Shown here: positions 1-13,752 of the stretch, one piece after another
Layout of the letters: every line of letters begins with the position of its first letter
Numbering within the stretch: the first letter of the stretch is position 1
Origin: Amphiscolops sp. MND2022
Lineage: Eukaryota
NCBI GenBank assembly: GCA_964187785.1
Contig: OZ076409.1
Span: forward strand, 8,372,001-8,436,000
Reading direction: 5' to 3'
Length of the DNA: 64,000 nt
Notes under the pieces: generated by a model
Seen by the model: the letters and a program-made list of their open reading frames with translations, nothing else
Database searches by the model: none
What the model was told of the DNA's origin: nothing
Translations under genes and position numbers: made by a program

Positions 1-1055
1 TAAACTGTTGTCAAGGTATTAATCAAAAAGGATTTAGTACGTGAAAATTGAAGAAGAATAATGAAACATTAAATTATTAAAACGGGAAGTCACACAGCGA
101 TCTATTCTAGGCCCTATTTCATTTATTGTTATTGTAAAAAAATGGTCTGGGTGCACAATAAAACTGGAGTAGAGTGAAATTATAATGTACGTTGATAATT
201 CATTTATGACATAATAACTGAAATCTAAGCCTTAGTCCTGATATAAAAATTTGTTCATCGGATTGTAATTACACGAAACCTGTGTTTCTTCTGTTTGAGA
301 AGAGATCTGTAAAACTCCATACGTAATTTTTGAGGATATTGATAAATCATCCTGTGGGGTTTAAGAATTCTTGGGCTTACATTTCGATTAATAGTGATCT
401 TTGAAGAACACAGTTTTTATAATACTGCCAAACTCGCATGACATTGCGGCATCCTTCTCAAATTAATGGAAACGTTGAAAGAAAAAGAGAAATACAAAAC
501 TTTCGTATATACTCATCACCTTTTTCTCTATGGGTTATGCCCAAAGACGAAACTGCACAAAGTTTTTTGACATCCAAAAATAGTAAGGGCAGCCCTAATG
601 TTCCATACCAGGATCAGTGTTACAGAAAAACTCAGAGATCTAAAATTTGGAACTGTGTTTGAGTTTATTTTCAACGGGGTTCCCAAGTTTTCCCTTAGCA
701 AGGTATAAAATGGTTTCAGAAATCTCAGCAGTGGAACTCAAAACAGACAAACAAGAAAAAGAAGTCCAAGTATATGGAACCTCGCTTGAGAAAGTGACAG
801 AATAGATTCTCGTGCAATAAGACTGATCAATTATCCCGCCCATGTGGGATGTTTTACTTTCTGGCAAAACGATATGCGAAATGGACGGGAAACAATTTCA
901 AAACTACTATCATCCAATTGCAGATCTTTACTTTTTTTGGGAATGGTGAATTAATTGATCTCATTTACAAGTAGGGTGGTTTTTGTTTACGTTTTTACTC
1001 TTTTTGTTTAGATATTTAGAAGCGGATGAATAAATAAAAAAACCAAAAAAAAATA
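1..1055 (+). pseudogene. Degraded 3' end of a non-LTR retrotransposon (LINE) reverse transcriptase ORF
   Basis: Eroded RT motifs in order: VTQRSILGPISF (~90-125, cf. GVPQGSILGP), MYVDN (~186-200, cf. YADD), FLGLHFD (~368-388, cf. KYLG). A-rich tract with AATAAA at ~1028-1053. Confidence 0.65.
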
Positions 1056-1807
1056 TCTCCAAAAAGTTTCCTCTGGAAAAGCCTCAGTGCTTATTTGGAG
1101 CCTTTCCAGGGGCCAAGATAAACTAAAGTTTATGTTTATAGTTAATATAGATGGTTATATATAGCATACAATACAATCAGCGGAAACTGAAAGAAATATA
1201 TTGTGATCCCTGATAAATTCAATAATTATTATCTTTATTACTATTATAATTGACCTCTTGATAGAATAGCAATGATGGGCAATATTTTCAACGTAAAAAG
1301 TTTAGCTAGGAATGCTCACGAAATACATACCTTACAGATGAAATATCCAAAATGGAATAAATTTCAGTTCTGTGAAATACAAATTTCAGTGCTTTATAAT
1401 CAAGTAATTTGAGAATTTGAAATTTGAACCTACGATAAGTATCTAAACAGCAAGTTCTAGCAGGGAATCTTCATTAACGGCTGATTCAATTACGGAGTTG
1501 TAAATTTGAGCAAGAAGTGTCGCAATCCCATAACAGTAGTTTGCAGAAGATAGCGACATAGCTTGTCTCAGAACATGAAAGAAAAGAAAATACCGAGGAG
1601 AAAGGATTTCGAACTATTTCCGTTCACAGCCAGTCAAACAAAGTAGCTTTGTTTTTGAATAATGGTCAAATAATTGCCCTCAAAATGGCGGTGCACTTGT
1701 ATATAAAAGTTTTCAGGCCGGTGTAGCCAGGAAAATGTTTTTACAGTGAATTGTTCACGCGTGTTAAAATTAAAGTTCAAACTGAGATGACATCATAACG
1801 TATCCAA

Positions 1808-2185
1808 GGCTGGTGACAGGGCAATTGGCCGACCTTTCAACTGGCCGACTGTGCAGTTAGCCGACCCAATCGAATATGATTGGATGTCAGAAAAAAATAT
1901 ATTCTCAGTTTTGTTATGCAACAATACTGTATTTCGCGAGCAATCAAAAGTTGAATGCGTATCAAAAAATTGTTTGTGAACACTTCTCAACAACTACTCA
2001 GCATTTCTCATTTAAAAGGATACAAAAGTGATATGATTTCGAATCAAAATCATCTTTTTTTAAAAAAAATTCTTTTCAAATTATAAACTTCGTTTTAGGG
2101 CTAATTCAGCTAATCTAAACTTATTTAGTCGGCCACTTGCACAGTCGGTTAATAGTACCGTCGGCCGAATAACCTAGCACCTCCA
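1808..2185. mobile_element. MITE-like element with imperfect terminal inverted repeats
   Basis: ggccgac...ccgactgtgca...gccgac (~1828-1866) is mirrored by gtcggc...tgcacagtcgg...gtcggcc (~2128-2166). Exact ends uncertain. Confidence 0.5.
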
Positions 2186-2689
2186 AGCTAGTTTGTTAGA
2201 AGGCTCCGGAAAGTCTTCAAAGCAACCTGAGTATATTTACAAAACTTGTGTTCCAGGGTTTAGTCAGGAGTTTAATCATCAAGTCTCTGATGAACGAGGT
2301 TCGAAAAGTTATCAGTTAATTTGACAGAAAACAGACAAATTGTCGACCACAATTATCGTCGTTTTAATGACAACTTGGTAACTTGGCAAAATTCGTCCGA
2401 AACTGATGATCAACGGATCCCCCTACATTGGGTGGAAAAGCTGTCTTGCTAATTTGTTAATGTGACTTGCAAAGTTCAAAAACTTGGTTTAACTCTAACT
2501 CATACTTTTTCTGTTATCATGGTATTTTGATACACAATTTTCAATCTTTTTTTGCTGCAGCAGTGTGAAATCTTAAGACATAAGTTTTGACATTAATGAA
2601 CTTTGAAGATAATAATTTTATTATTTTTGTGATTGCTTATATTTTGTTTTGGTTTGTGCGCCTTGACTTCTAGGCGACAATATGAAAAA

Positions 2690-2771
2690 TTCTTTTCTTT
2701 CTTCTTCTCATTCGTCGTCTTCTTGTTTGTTTTCTTCTTTTTCTTCTTCTTTTTCTTCTTCTTTTTCTTCT
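2690..2771. repeat. Imperfect (TTC)n microsatellite
   Basis: Direct reading; explains the poly-Phe ORF 2633..2896. Confidence 0.9.
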
Positions 2772-4824
2772 ATAACTTATGGTCTTTTAAGTTTATGTGC
2801 TTAGAATTTTTGAACATTTTGCATGTTTCAATTCAATATTCAACGTTTATAAAAATTTTCAATGTGAAAGACTCCAGTATGCTAAGTAGATTTTGATTTC
2901 GTCATTGATGTCTGTGAAGTTTCGAATTTGCTTAAAACAATCGAAAGTGGGAATAAAGTGAGTTTTTTGAGAACATTCTGGGGCACCTTTTGCTTTACCA
3001 AACACGTATAGATTTCCCTTCTAAAAAGCGCACTGGACAGCTAACTGTTTCAATGTTGAGCTCGGTGGGTTTCCTAACCAATGAAAACATTCAAAAACTG
3101 TAAAAAATGAGGAGAACTTCAAATTAGGAAATTATGATCCTTTTGGCCAGTTTTGGGGTCGTTTTAAGATCATCTCAAAAATTTCTGATATCTCTCTAAA
3201 AACCGTACTAGATATTTAGTTTTTCTGTTGGTTTCCTCCGATATTCTAAAGCACAAAATATTCGAAATTGCAAGTGAGAAGTCAAAACGATGGATTTTCT
3301 GTCTTTTTAGGGACTTGAGTAATTTTAGGGGCTTTTCACAACAAAACATCGGATTTCTTTCGAGAAGAGCAAATCGAAGAGCTCCTTTTTTGTCGCTAAA
3401 CTCGGATGTTCTTACCTACGGAAACATTTGTTAATTGAACAAAAATTTGGACAAAAAGTTGATAACTGGAAAATTTGGAAACTTTGGCTATTTTTGGGTC
3501 GTTGTAGTTATTTTCAAAATTATCAACTATCTCTACAGATTGTAATTTTCCATTCCCATATGGAAATTAGGATAAAAAATAACAAAAAAAGAGTTTCGGA
3601 TCTTCGATCGAAAACGTTTTGGATGATTTTAGTGCTCAAACTGAAGGTATGATTGTTCTGTAGCCAGTTAACATATATCACGTTTGAAGTGAATTAGGTA
3701 TTCATCGTTTTAGATTGGACTTTCCAAAAGAGTGATTTCAGCGCAGTTTTTGTCTTAGGTTAACTCACGTTATCATTCAATATTTTGAGGTCAATTTTCA
3801 TGAACTTTTTGCAACAGTCCAATTTATAGAGAGAAGTCAGTTGAATGTTCTTTTCTGTCTCGTTTCAGCCAGTTCTTCTGCTGATTCGGAGGTAATGTAG
3901 TTTCATCATTTGCCGAGATGTTACAGAGCGCTGGTAAGAAAACGCGAGCGTTATACATTTCCTTCAAGTCACAGAAGCGTTCTGAGTTGCCACAACGGCA
4001 TCCTCTTGTACACCAAAATTAGTCGATATTGGAATTGGAACATGTTCAGAAATTCGGTGAAAAATTCTAATCCGATGTCTGACGGAGGACTAAGCATGTG
4101 ATTGCTCTTTTCGCTCGCTGTTTCCTTCATTTTGAATGAAGAACGTGGACGAGAGCAGACCGAGTGAGAACACTGAGAACGAGATAGCCTGAGAGCTTGT
4201 AGAGACTGTGAAAACCTCTAGAAAGACTCTTTTTGAGACGCTAACACCCGGTTTTTATTGATTTTCAAAATTGGAAAAAAAGAATTTTTTCGCTTAAATA
4301 CCCTTGTTTGGAACTTGGGTCACCCTGCAAATGGAAATTTACCTTATTCTTGGCTATGTTTTTACATGCTAGTTATTCGGTGGTCTTTAGAGAGTCAGGA
4401 AGATGCCCGTTACCATTAGCAATTTCCGAGCGCTGCAAGGTCCAATAGTTTCACACAAAATGGCAGAGAAGTCAGTGTATGGGCCTAAGTAGTTTGTTGA
4501 AATGACTGAGAAGCCAATTTTGTGATGTGCTTACAAAAGCCAAAGAACGCAAAAGATCTCTTGAGAAGTGAGTTTTCACAGATAAGGTGAAAAAATCGTA
4601 AAAGATGTTAGAGTCGCATTGAAGAAAAATGAAATTATCGGGCAACTTAAGAAGCTGTGTTTTCAGGCTACACTGTGCTGAGGAAGGCGACTGTGTGTCA
4701 AGCTGAACAAAAATGTTGTCCTTTTTCCGGTTTTGACGGTATCTCAAACTCTTTGTTTTCCATGTCAGCTTGAATTTGGCACTGGTTCCCGTGAATTTGA
4801 TTGGCGTGGATTGCGCTAAGTAAC

Positions 4825-5320
4825 AACAAGACGGGAACGTCTGAAGTCGCCGCTATATCTAAAAGGTTCAAAAAGCTCAGACGTTATTTTAAAAAAACTT
4901 GAAATTTTTGATTTTTTCCTTTCAGAAAATGTCGCATAGTGCCGAAAAATGTAAAAGGAGGGACCCTTTGGGCTTTATTAACATATATTCTGTTGCAAAA
5001 TATCAAAAAACTCGAAAGAGGGACTTTTTTGAGACATTAAAAGATTTTCGAAAAAAGTCGCACAATGCCGAAAAAATCAAAAGGGGGGACCCTTTAGTCT
5101 TGTCCGGTTTTGTAGGTTACGTTAAAAAAAGTAAAAAACGAAAGGGGGGACCATTTTGCACTAATTTCCGCTGACCGGACTTGGCCTCTTATGGTAGTAG
5201 TTTTAGTAGTTTCGATTGTAAGAAAAGTGGCCCAATCAGAGTGAGATTGTAGTCTGACGAAAAAAAAACTAGCCACTGTAAGAGTCGGGCACTTTCCACT
5301 AGAAAAGCGCCGACTAAAAA
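4825..5320 (-). mobile_element. Non-autonomous Helentron-type element (HINE/DINE-1-like)
   Basis: Subterminal inverted repeats (family consensus AGTCGGCGCT / AGCGCCGACT), terminal stem-loop AGACG-ttcc-CGTCT, T-run ends; about 9 related copies in the window. Confidence 0.7.
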
Positions 5321-7250
5321 TCAAACAAGGGTTCAATCGGGATGAAGGGTGGTACGGATCGCAAACTTCTCAGACCTTTTCATATTTATGCAGATTTTAT
5401 TACATACAACAGATAAAACAGGTTTGAGGGATGAAACCTTTTTAATTCGGCATCATGGTACACACTGAGGTCACCAAAAGGTTTACGACCACCGAGTTTA
5501 GTAAATTGTGGTTGTTTCCGCCGAGTTCTCGAAAATTCGTACTCAAAATATCATGGTATGTTTCATCTGGAAATTTTTTGAAAATCATAAAAAAATGTAT
5601 TTCGTTTTGGCTTCAGGATTTTTTCATTCAATATTTTCGAAGTAACATGTCAACGAAAAACACCGGAGACAAATCCTGTAAGCTTAAGACTGTTCTCTAA
5701 CTTTATGCCGCATTACTTTTTCTGGAATCTCTTACTTTGCTAATTATAACGGCAAAAAGGTGCTTAAATGAGAATACATTTTACCGAAGTTTTTCAATCA
5801 GGGTTTTGACATGGCTTAAGGTTTCGCTAATCGCTAAACCGCTATTTTCAAAATCGCTATTTCGCTGGAACGTTTATATATATTTCGCTGGACTCCGTGT
5901 ATACTCGGAAGAAATTTCAAATTTGGACACTCTATCAGTTGCCGCTAATTTGAATCGCTTAAAATATTGCTAAAAAAGCTTTCAAAACTGTTTGAATTAA
6001 AACTTGGACACCAGGTTGAAGCACGAAAATTTTTTGTTACAATTTTTTAAACGGTTTTCAAGCATACATGAGAGTGAAAATTTCAGTAATTTTCATCAGA
6101 TTACATAATTTGTTTGGATATGATATGACTGAAATTAGCAGAATACTTTAAATCTCAAAGGAAAAATGAACCACGGCTCGGGTGTGAAAAAACAGTGGCA
6201 CTTCTACATTCTTCAAACTTGAAAGCTGCAAAAAAATTCAGCTCAGGTGGTATGTTTCGAATTTTGAAAAGCGATCTTTTCGTTCCTTTTGGACACGAAG
6301 TCGGGAACGACCCAAATCGGCGTCCCACTCAAATCTCACAAAGTGCAAAGTCTCTTGAAGCTAATGTACAATTCTAGAAACACTCTCATCAACCTCACAA
6401 TACCCATAACCCAAATAAATACTCTCCAGACAAACGCTTCTTTAGCGAATGAAATTTTTTTCGACAATTTTTCTCCGAAAAATGCAGAGTGCCCAAAACA
6501 ACGAAAAGAGCAGATCTTTCAGGTTGGCAGAAAACGCTTTTTTTGTCGTCGAAAACATCAGAATGCATGAAGCCAGACTCTTTCCGAGAAATGTGGTTGC
6601 ATTGATTTGACCTTTCGACCTTTTCTAGTTTTCGACCTTTTCTAGAGCGAAATTCGAAGGTAGTAATTCCTGCTTCGCAGCCACTGTGACCACGCAGAGG
6701 GACAGAAATAGAATGTTAGAGAAAAGTTCCTTGTCCGCTCGTGTCGTAGTTAAAAAACGGCGGTACAATAACTTGCGTTTTCTGTCGAAAGCGCCGACAA
6801 AAGCGTCGAATAACAAGAGAAGACGGTTTGAAAAAAAATCGAAATCCGAATCACGGTTTCCGTTTTTTTGTGAAAAGTTCATATTGAACTTTGAAACGGT
6901 ACAGTGAGACGGTCAAAAAAAGGTACAAAAACTAGTACATTTTCAACGGACAGTCACAAAAATTTAACTGCCCAAACGTCCATGAATCATGTTTCTTAGT
7001 CGGCATTTGAAAACTCAAATGCAACTTTGATGAAAGCTTTTTGTTGCAAGTTGCCATTTGCGATAATTTTCAGGGTTTTGTTCTTCGGCAGCGTTCGTGA
7101 CAACTGCCATGTTCCCGAAAAAACGAAGGTCTGTTTTCGCAACTCCACTTTAGAAGGCGGTTTGTTTTTATTTTCCGCCCATATTTCATATGGGAAATAA
7201 AAATATTTAAATCAAACGGTTTTTTTTTTACAAAATTTGCCAAGCACCAA

Positions 7251-9905
7251 ATTTATATTCAACTTTAAGGGTGTTAACCATAGAATTCAACTCACATAAA
7301 TTTAGCTTCGTGCGATATGTATTTGTAGAGATTTTTGGGTTTTTTGGGAATGACGAGGTTAACCCCAAAAACGACCCCAAAATGACCCCAAATAGAAAGT
7401 TTCCAAAATTTCACAATTTTTAACGTTTTATTGCAATGTTTGTCAATTTTTCGATAGATTTCGTGGATTATAATGTTGGAAAAGCTCAACATAACACTAT
7501 TTTGTTGTCCAGTAGAATTTACTGAGAAGACAATTGCTGTTTTCCATATGAAAAAATATCAAAGGGACACCGAAAATGACAAAAGTCCTAAAATTTTCCA
7601 ATTTTCAAAGATTTTATGCCCTTTTTTCTCAAAATTTTTGACTTGACAAACTTTGTGGATTGGGACGTTTAAAAGGGTCAACAATGCAAAAATGTGTTGT
7701 CCAGTAGGCTTTTCCGAAGAGTTTATTACAGTTTTTTTAACTGAAAATATCTCAAATTAACACCAAAAAACCCAAAGTCTTCAAACTTTCAAAGAATTCA
7801 TGCATTTTTTGTAAGCGTTTCGAAAGGCTTGGTGGATTTGAATGTTTTAAAGGGCCAAGAAGGAAACGTTCGATTGTCCAGTAGTCTTTTATGACAAGAT
7901 ATTGCAATGTTCTGACTGAAAATGTCTCAAATTGACACCGATAATGACAAAAATCTCAAAACTTCCAAATTTCGAAGATTTCATGCGTTTTTTCCAAACT
8001 TTTGACGAACTTTATGAATTGGAACGTTAAAACGGGTCAACAAGGAGGAGTGTGCTGCCAATAGGCTTTTACGAAGAGTTTATTGTAATTTTTTAGTGAA
8101 AAAGTCTCAAATTGACACCGAAAATGACAAAAAATCCAAACTTTTCCAATTTTGAAAGTTTTCCAATTTCAACAAACTTTGTGGATTGGCATGTTTTAAG
8201 GGGTCAACAATAAAAACGTTGGTTGTCCAGTAGTCTTTAATGAAGAGATAAATGTTCTGAATGAAAATGTCTCAAATTGACACCGAAAATGAGAAAAACC
8301 CAAAATTTTACGATTTTCGAAAATTTTATGCATTTTTTCCAAATTTTTGACAGACTTCGTTAACTAGAACGTTGAAAAGAGTCGACAAGGAAAGTCTATG
8401 TTGTCCAGTATGCTTAAAAAAGATGAATGCAGTTTTTCAAACAAAAACTGTCCGGAAATGACATCGAAAAAGACAAAATTTTCCGATTTTCACTAATTTC
8501 CGTTCGATATTTCTCAAAATATCGATAGACTCCGTAGAATAGAATGTTGAAACACCTAAAGCATGGACAAAGCTGTTGTATTGATGACCTTTTGTCACGG
8601 GAGAGATAGGTTCAATTTGTAAAAGAACCAGAGCAGCATATGCGGTAAAAGAGTCGACTTAGGTCTTTTTCCTTGTGATTCGCTCCAATCCCAGTTATTC
8701 GAATTAATTGGAATTGCACACATAGACCATACTATGGTGAAGAAAATGACTGTAGAAATTTTAGTTCGAGTCGTAGGGACAGTTTTTGCGAAAATCAAAA
8801 ACAAGTTTGAAAAATGACTGTTTTTGGCCTTTTTGGGCTAATTTTGGCTGGTTCTCACATCCCAGGCATACAATTTTTATGTCATTGCACATATAGGACT
8901 CTAATATGGTGTAGTTTGACTATAGAAAATGTCGTTCGAATCGTAAGGACAGTTTCTGAGAAAATCGAAAAAAAGTTGAAAAATGACTCTTTTTTGGCCT
9001 TTGTTGGGCTAATTTTGGCTAAGTTTTTCACATCGCAGCCATACGATTTTGATGCCATTCACATTTAGGACTCTAATATGGTTTAAAACGACTGTAGAAA
9101 ATTTCGTTTGAATCGTATGGACAATTTTTGAGAAAATCGAAAAAAATCGAAAAGTGGCTGTTTTTGGGCTACTTTTGGCCATTTTCGGGCTAATGTTGGC
9201 TATGTTTCTCACATTCCCATCATACGATTTTGATGCCTTTGAGAACTCAGGGGCCCCTTTGGATTTATATTCAACTTTAAGGGTGTTAACCATAGAATTC
9301 AACTCACATAAATTTAGCTTCGTGCGATATGTATTTGTAGAGATTTTTGGGTTTTTTGGGAATGACGAGGTTAACCCCAAAAACGACCCCAAAATGACCC
9401 CAAATAGAAAGTTTCCAAAATTTCACAATTTTTAACGTTTTAATGCAATGTTTGTCAATTTTTCGATAGATTTTGTGGCTGGTTTTGGCTGGTTCTCACA
9501 TCCCAGGCATACAATTTTTATGTCATTGCACATATAGGACTCTAATATGGTGTAGTTTGACTGTAGAAAATGTCGTTCGAATCGTATGGACAGTTTCTGA
9601 GAAAATCGAAAAAAAGTTGAAAAATGACTCTTTTTTGGCCTTTGTTGGGCTAATTTTGGCTAAATTTTTCACATCGCAGCCATACGATTTTGATGCCATT
9701 CACATTTAGGACTCTAATATGGTGTAAAACGATTGTAGAAATTTTCGTTTGAATCGTATGGACAATTTTTGAGAAAATCGAAAAAAAATTGAAAAGTGGC
9801 TGTTTTTGGGCTACTTTTGGCCATTTTCGGGCTAATGTTGGCTATGTTTCTCACATTCCCATCATACGATTTGGTGCCTTTGAGAACGCAGGGGCCCCTT
9901 TGGAT
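7251..9905. repeat. Complex repeat block: diverged ~180-bp tandem units plus recent A-X-B-A-B duplication
   Basis: 7251-7461 is nearly identical to 9263-9473, and 8843-9262 to 9483-9905. Motif ttgtccagta recurs at ~7505, 7697, 7875, 8223, 8401. Confidence 0.85.
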
Positions 9906-11517
9906 GTAGAATGACTGTGCAAAGTTTTATGAAAATTTTTGGACAGTTTTTGAGAAATTCGAAATTTTCATGAAAAGGTCGGGAGAAAAAAAACAAAAAA
10001 ACGACACGATTGGATAAGTAGTCGAAAACTTTTTCTGACTCCTGAAAAGGCCCAGAATTGACCCTCAACTGTCAAAAATGTTGTTCTCATGCAATTTCTG
10101 TACATTTTCCGAAAGATTTTGTTCCAAGTTCCAACACAATCAATTCAACAAAAAAACGAGCTTTGCATTACATTTATGAAATGAACGTTGCAGCGTTATG
10201 CTTCAAAAACACTTCAGAATGACTCCAAAGGAGTCGAAAAACTTCAACATCTTTGTTTTTGTGCAAGTTGTGTACTTTTTGAGCCGTTATGAAGTCAGAC
10301 TGTTGGCAAACGTTCAACAAAGACCGAACGCCTAATCCAGTAGGCTTTTAAAGGAATATTAGCAGACTTCGGTTGGAGAATGGCTCAAAAATGACAGGAA
10401 AAAAACTGAAAATGGTTTCCAATATTTCAGGGAAATTTCATTTGAGATTGGATTATTTCGGTGCAATAAAAGCTTCGAAAAACTCCAGATGATACAACTA
10501 GACCCTAAGCACGTATTTCAAATTAAATTAGCCTAGTTTATTGTCGAAAGTTTCCTTAGAATGACCAAAATCTTGGAAAACTGAGAAAATTTAAGTTTTT
10601 TTCTAAAGTTTTAGGCAGTTTTTGTACAATTTTCGGGCTACTTCCTTGCATGAAATGGTTCAAAAAATTCAACAATGACTAATTCGGGCATCTTCAGTAG
10701 GCAATTTTGAAAAAAAATTACTTCATTCATACCTTGGATATGGCTTAAAAACACACAAAAGAAGTACCATAGGCTCATGATTGAAACGAGTAGCTACGGG
10801 TAGTGTTTCGGAAAGTTTTCAAAAACTTTACTTGAAAACGTAAATTTCGACCTCATTTACACAATATTTAATCTTCAAAAACTACCAAGCAAAATCACAA
10901 GATATGGAGTACACCTTCCAAAGGGAGATGTTTCGAGCTGCTTCGTGGGTTAGAATGTGGTGTAAACATTCAACAACAGCTAAACTGGGTGTCCCGTAGG
11001 CTTAATTTTGGAGAGACATATGTAGATTTGTGATAGAAAAGTTCCTCAAATTTGACTCCAAGCTTGTCAAAACTATTTCCGATTTTTGATACTTCTGGTG
11101 AAACTATGTCCAATAAAAGAACAAACCGGGATCACTCAACTTTCCCAATGAACCTGGTTTCAAGATTTACCGTTTTCTCAGTGCCAAAAACTACCTCAAG
11201 ACATACGCCTCAGACTAGGAAACCCCTTTTTACCGAACAGGAATCACAAATCCATATTTTGATTTTGTTCAGCTAAAGTTTTGTGATGGCGAAACGAATA
11301 TCAGCTCGCGAAACTACTTTTCGCAAGCCGACGTCAGCTACCAAAGCAAGGGGGAAGTTTTGACCAAATTAATCCAAGCTTTCCTGGCTTCGAACATCTT
11401 TGCGTTTTTATAGTGCATTGGGTTTTCTTGAGCCTCAAGTTTTGTAAGTTATAGAACAGTTTGGGGCGGAAAATATCTCGCGGCTCAGAGGGCGTCTTGT
11501 TCTGTCAAGTCATTGTT

Positions 11518-11646
11518 AACAAGACGAGAACGTCTAAAGTCGGCGCTATATCTGAGGCTACAAAAGCGCAACGTTTTTAAAACATGCTCAGGACGTATGT
11601 ATGAAAGGCTCAGAAAACACTTTCGAGACACCCAAAGGGTGCATTT
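11518..11646 (-). mobile_element. HINE fragment interrupted by the 17-kb LTR element (continues ~28622-28735)
   Basis: Starts aacaagacgagaacgtctaaagtcggcgctatatc. Family-like sequence (aagtggaccgatcagtgtgagg...ggtcactgtaat) resumes after the 3' LTR. Confidence 0.6.
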
Positions 11647-11915
11647 TGTACTGACCTACATTAATAACCAATAGTATTTAGATGTTTATAGAATGTTCTA
11701 GAATGTACATTTATTTGTTATTGAATGATTGTAAATCTCTACTCCCTCAGAGAGAGAAAAATAATATTCAGTATTCAGTTGACTTCCTTTTTGTTCTACT
11801 TCTAACACCTCGAACTAGTTGTAATAAAGTAAGCTAGCTAGCTTGTCTCCCAGCCGCTTTTAGTAGTTGTGTATAAGAACAACCAAAGAAGTAACCAACC
11901 ATTAAAAGCAGCACA
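11647..11915 (+). repeat. 5' LTR of the giant element
   Basis: tgtactgacc...gcagcaca; 4 substitutions versus 28353-28621; contains AATAAA. Confidence 0.95.
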
Positions 11916-11918
11916 ATT

Positions 11919-11932
11919 TGGTGCGACTTGTA
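11919..11932 (+). promoter_or_regulatory. Putative primer-binding site (tRNA not assigned)
   Basis: TGGTGCGACTTG begins 3 nt after the LTR end; TGG is complementary to tRNA CCA. Confidence 0.6.
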
Positions 11933-13634
11933 AAATTTCTTGCCTTTTCTCCTGGATGATTTCTCTTCTCTCAACAATCATACAAATACCACTCTCTATA
12001 TTTGAAATTCTCTGGAATTGCAGTGAAATCTTTCTAGAATTCCTTGAAAGTTTAGTCTGTGACTTTCTGAATTCCATCAATAAATACATCATCGTTCGAA
12101 ACACAATTTCTCCACTACAAAAATCAATTTAAATATAACAAATTTTCTTCACTACCGGTTTATCACGTTTTCTAACGTTGACACGGTTCTTCTTCCTGTT
12201 TTTTTTGCCATACCGGTTTATCACGTTTTCCAATACGTTGAAACGGTTTCATTTCGGACTGATTTATCCAAAGTGACACAGTTCTGTTCTCTATACTGAT
12301 TTATCACAGCTAATCCGGAAGCTTGTTGAAACAGTTCTTTGACGTTTGTCTGGTTTATTAAGGTTTTCTAAAACCTTTGACACAGCAACTTTCTTCAATC
12401 CTGCTATCTTGAACGTCAGGTGGACTCCTGGTGTAATAGTTGATTGAGTGCATGTCCAACTCCGCTCACCTATAAGCACATACGTCTCAAGATCAACTTC
12501 GTGTTGGCAGAAAACCTGGATTTTCTAATTTTACGTTTCGGATCCACTTTCTACAAAATTTCCTACAAAAAAAATTCAGAAATAGACTCTGAAAACAAAA
12601 AAAGGCAACCAAACTAACTACAAAAAACAACCACGCACTATTCCATTTCTTTTCCTATTGTCGACAAACAATACAAATAAATTCACAAAACTTAAATAAT
12701 ACAAGTAACTTCAAAAAATTTCAATAACCAACAAAAATAACAACACAAAGTACACTCAACCTTATCTCTAGTACTTTCAATGGTAAAAATTTTAACATAA
12801 TCCTACAAAACAATTATTTTAACAAAATACCACATACAATTCTCACAACTCTTTTGCTTTAAAACTTAAAATAAGGCATGTAAATAACACAAACACAGTA
12901 AAGTTAGTTTTTTACTTTCAGGCACCCACAATTCCTATCCCCTCCCGTAAGACTTAGCCAATCAGACAGCCTCACCAGCTTACTCTGATTCTAAGACTGA
13001 CTAAAAACCTTAGTTAAGTGTAAACGTCTTTAAGGAGAATCGAGAGGACACCGAACTACGTTCGAATCTTCAAAATTCTCAGAAAGTAAAAGTAAAAGTA
13101 AAAGAAACAAAGATCAAACTTTGATCTTGATCAGTATTGATCAGACTTTGGATAGTGGACGTTGATTGTTCAGAGTTCCACTCCCTTAGTCTTAAAACAC
13201 ACAACCCACTTAAAATTAAAACAATCTTAGTTTTTCTGGACGTGTCAGTAACCTTATGTTAGACACCTTAAAGTGATCCAGACTTAAAATAACATTTAGT
13301 TTCTGTTAGCAATCCTTTGAGGTTGAATACAGATCCTACTGCATCCGCTTCTTTCTTCTCTATCCAAAACTATTAACTTCTCAAATAACATCAAATTACA
13401 ATACAAATTATAAGAACCCTAACATATACAACCAAGCAATTTATCCTTTCAACTTTTACATTTCGCCAATCAGCTCCCTTCAAAAACCTACAGCAAACGA
13501 TTTTGAAAGAATAATTGAACGATATCAACAATATTTTTTCTTTATCATAAATCAACAACGACATTACCCAAGAGCTCCAACTTAGAAAATTTCTATAAAA
13601 ATCAATTCGAACGTTCTCACCTTCACATTATAAC

Positions 13635-13748
13635 ATGTGGAAAAAAGTTGCCACAGTAGTACTCATTACAACATACACGTTTTGTGTCTTATTTATAGTT
13701 TGTGTTCTTCTTGAAAAAATACTTACGGTGATGAGAGACAAACTTTAG
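13635..13748 (+). CDS. 37-aa hydrophobic small ORF just upstream of gag (signal-peptide/TM-like)
   Basis: Hand translation MWKKVATVVLITTYTFCVLFIVCVLLEKILTVMRDKL*; stop lies 4 nt before the gag ATG. Confidence 0.45.
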   Translation: MWKKVATVVLITTYTFCVLFIVCVLLEKILTVMRDKL

Positions 13749-13752
13749 AAAA

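Noticed and set aside
2633..2896. Poly-Phe ORF resembling a membrane protein
   Set aside because: Translation of a (TTC)n microsatellite.
4899..5336. Similar short ORFs recurring at ~4.9, 36, 52.8, 53.6 and 58.6 kb
   Set aside because: Chance frames in copies of the non-coding HINE repeat.
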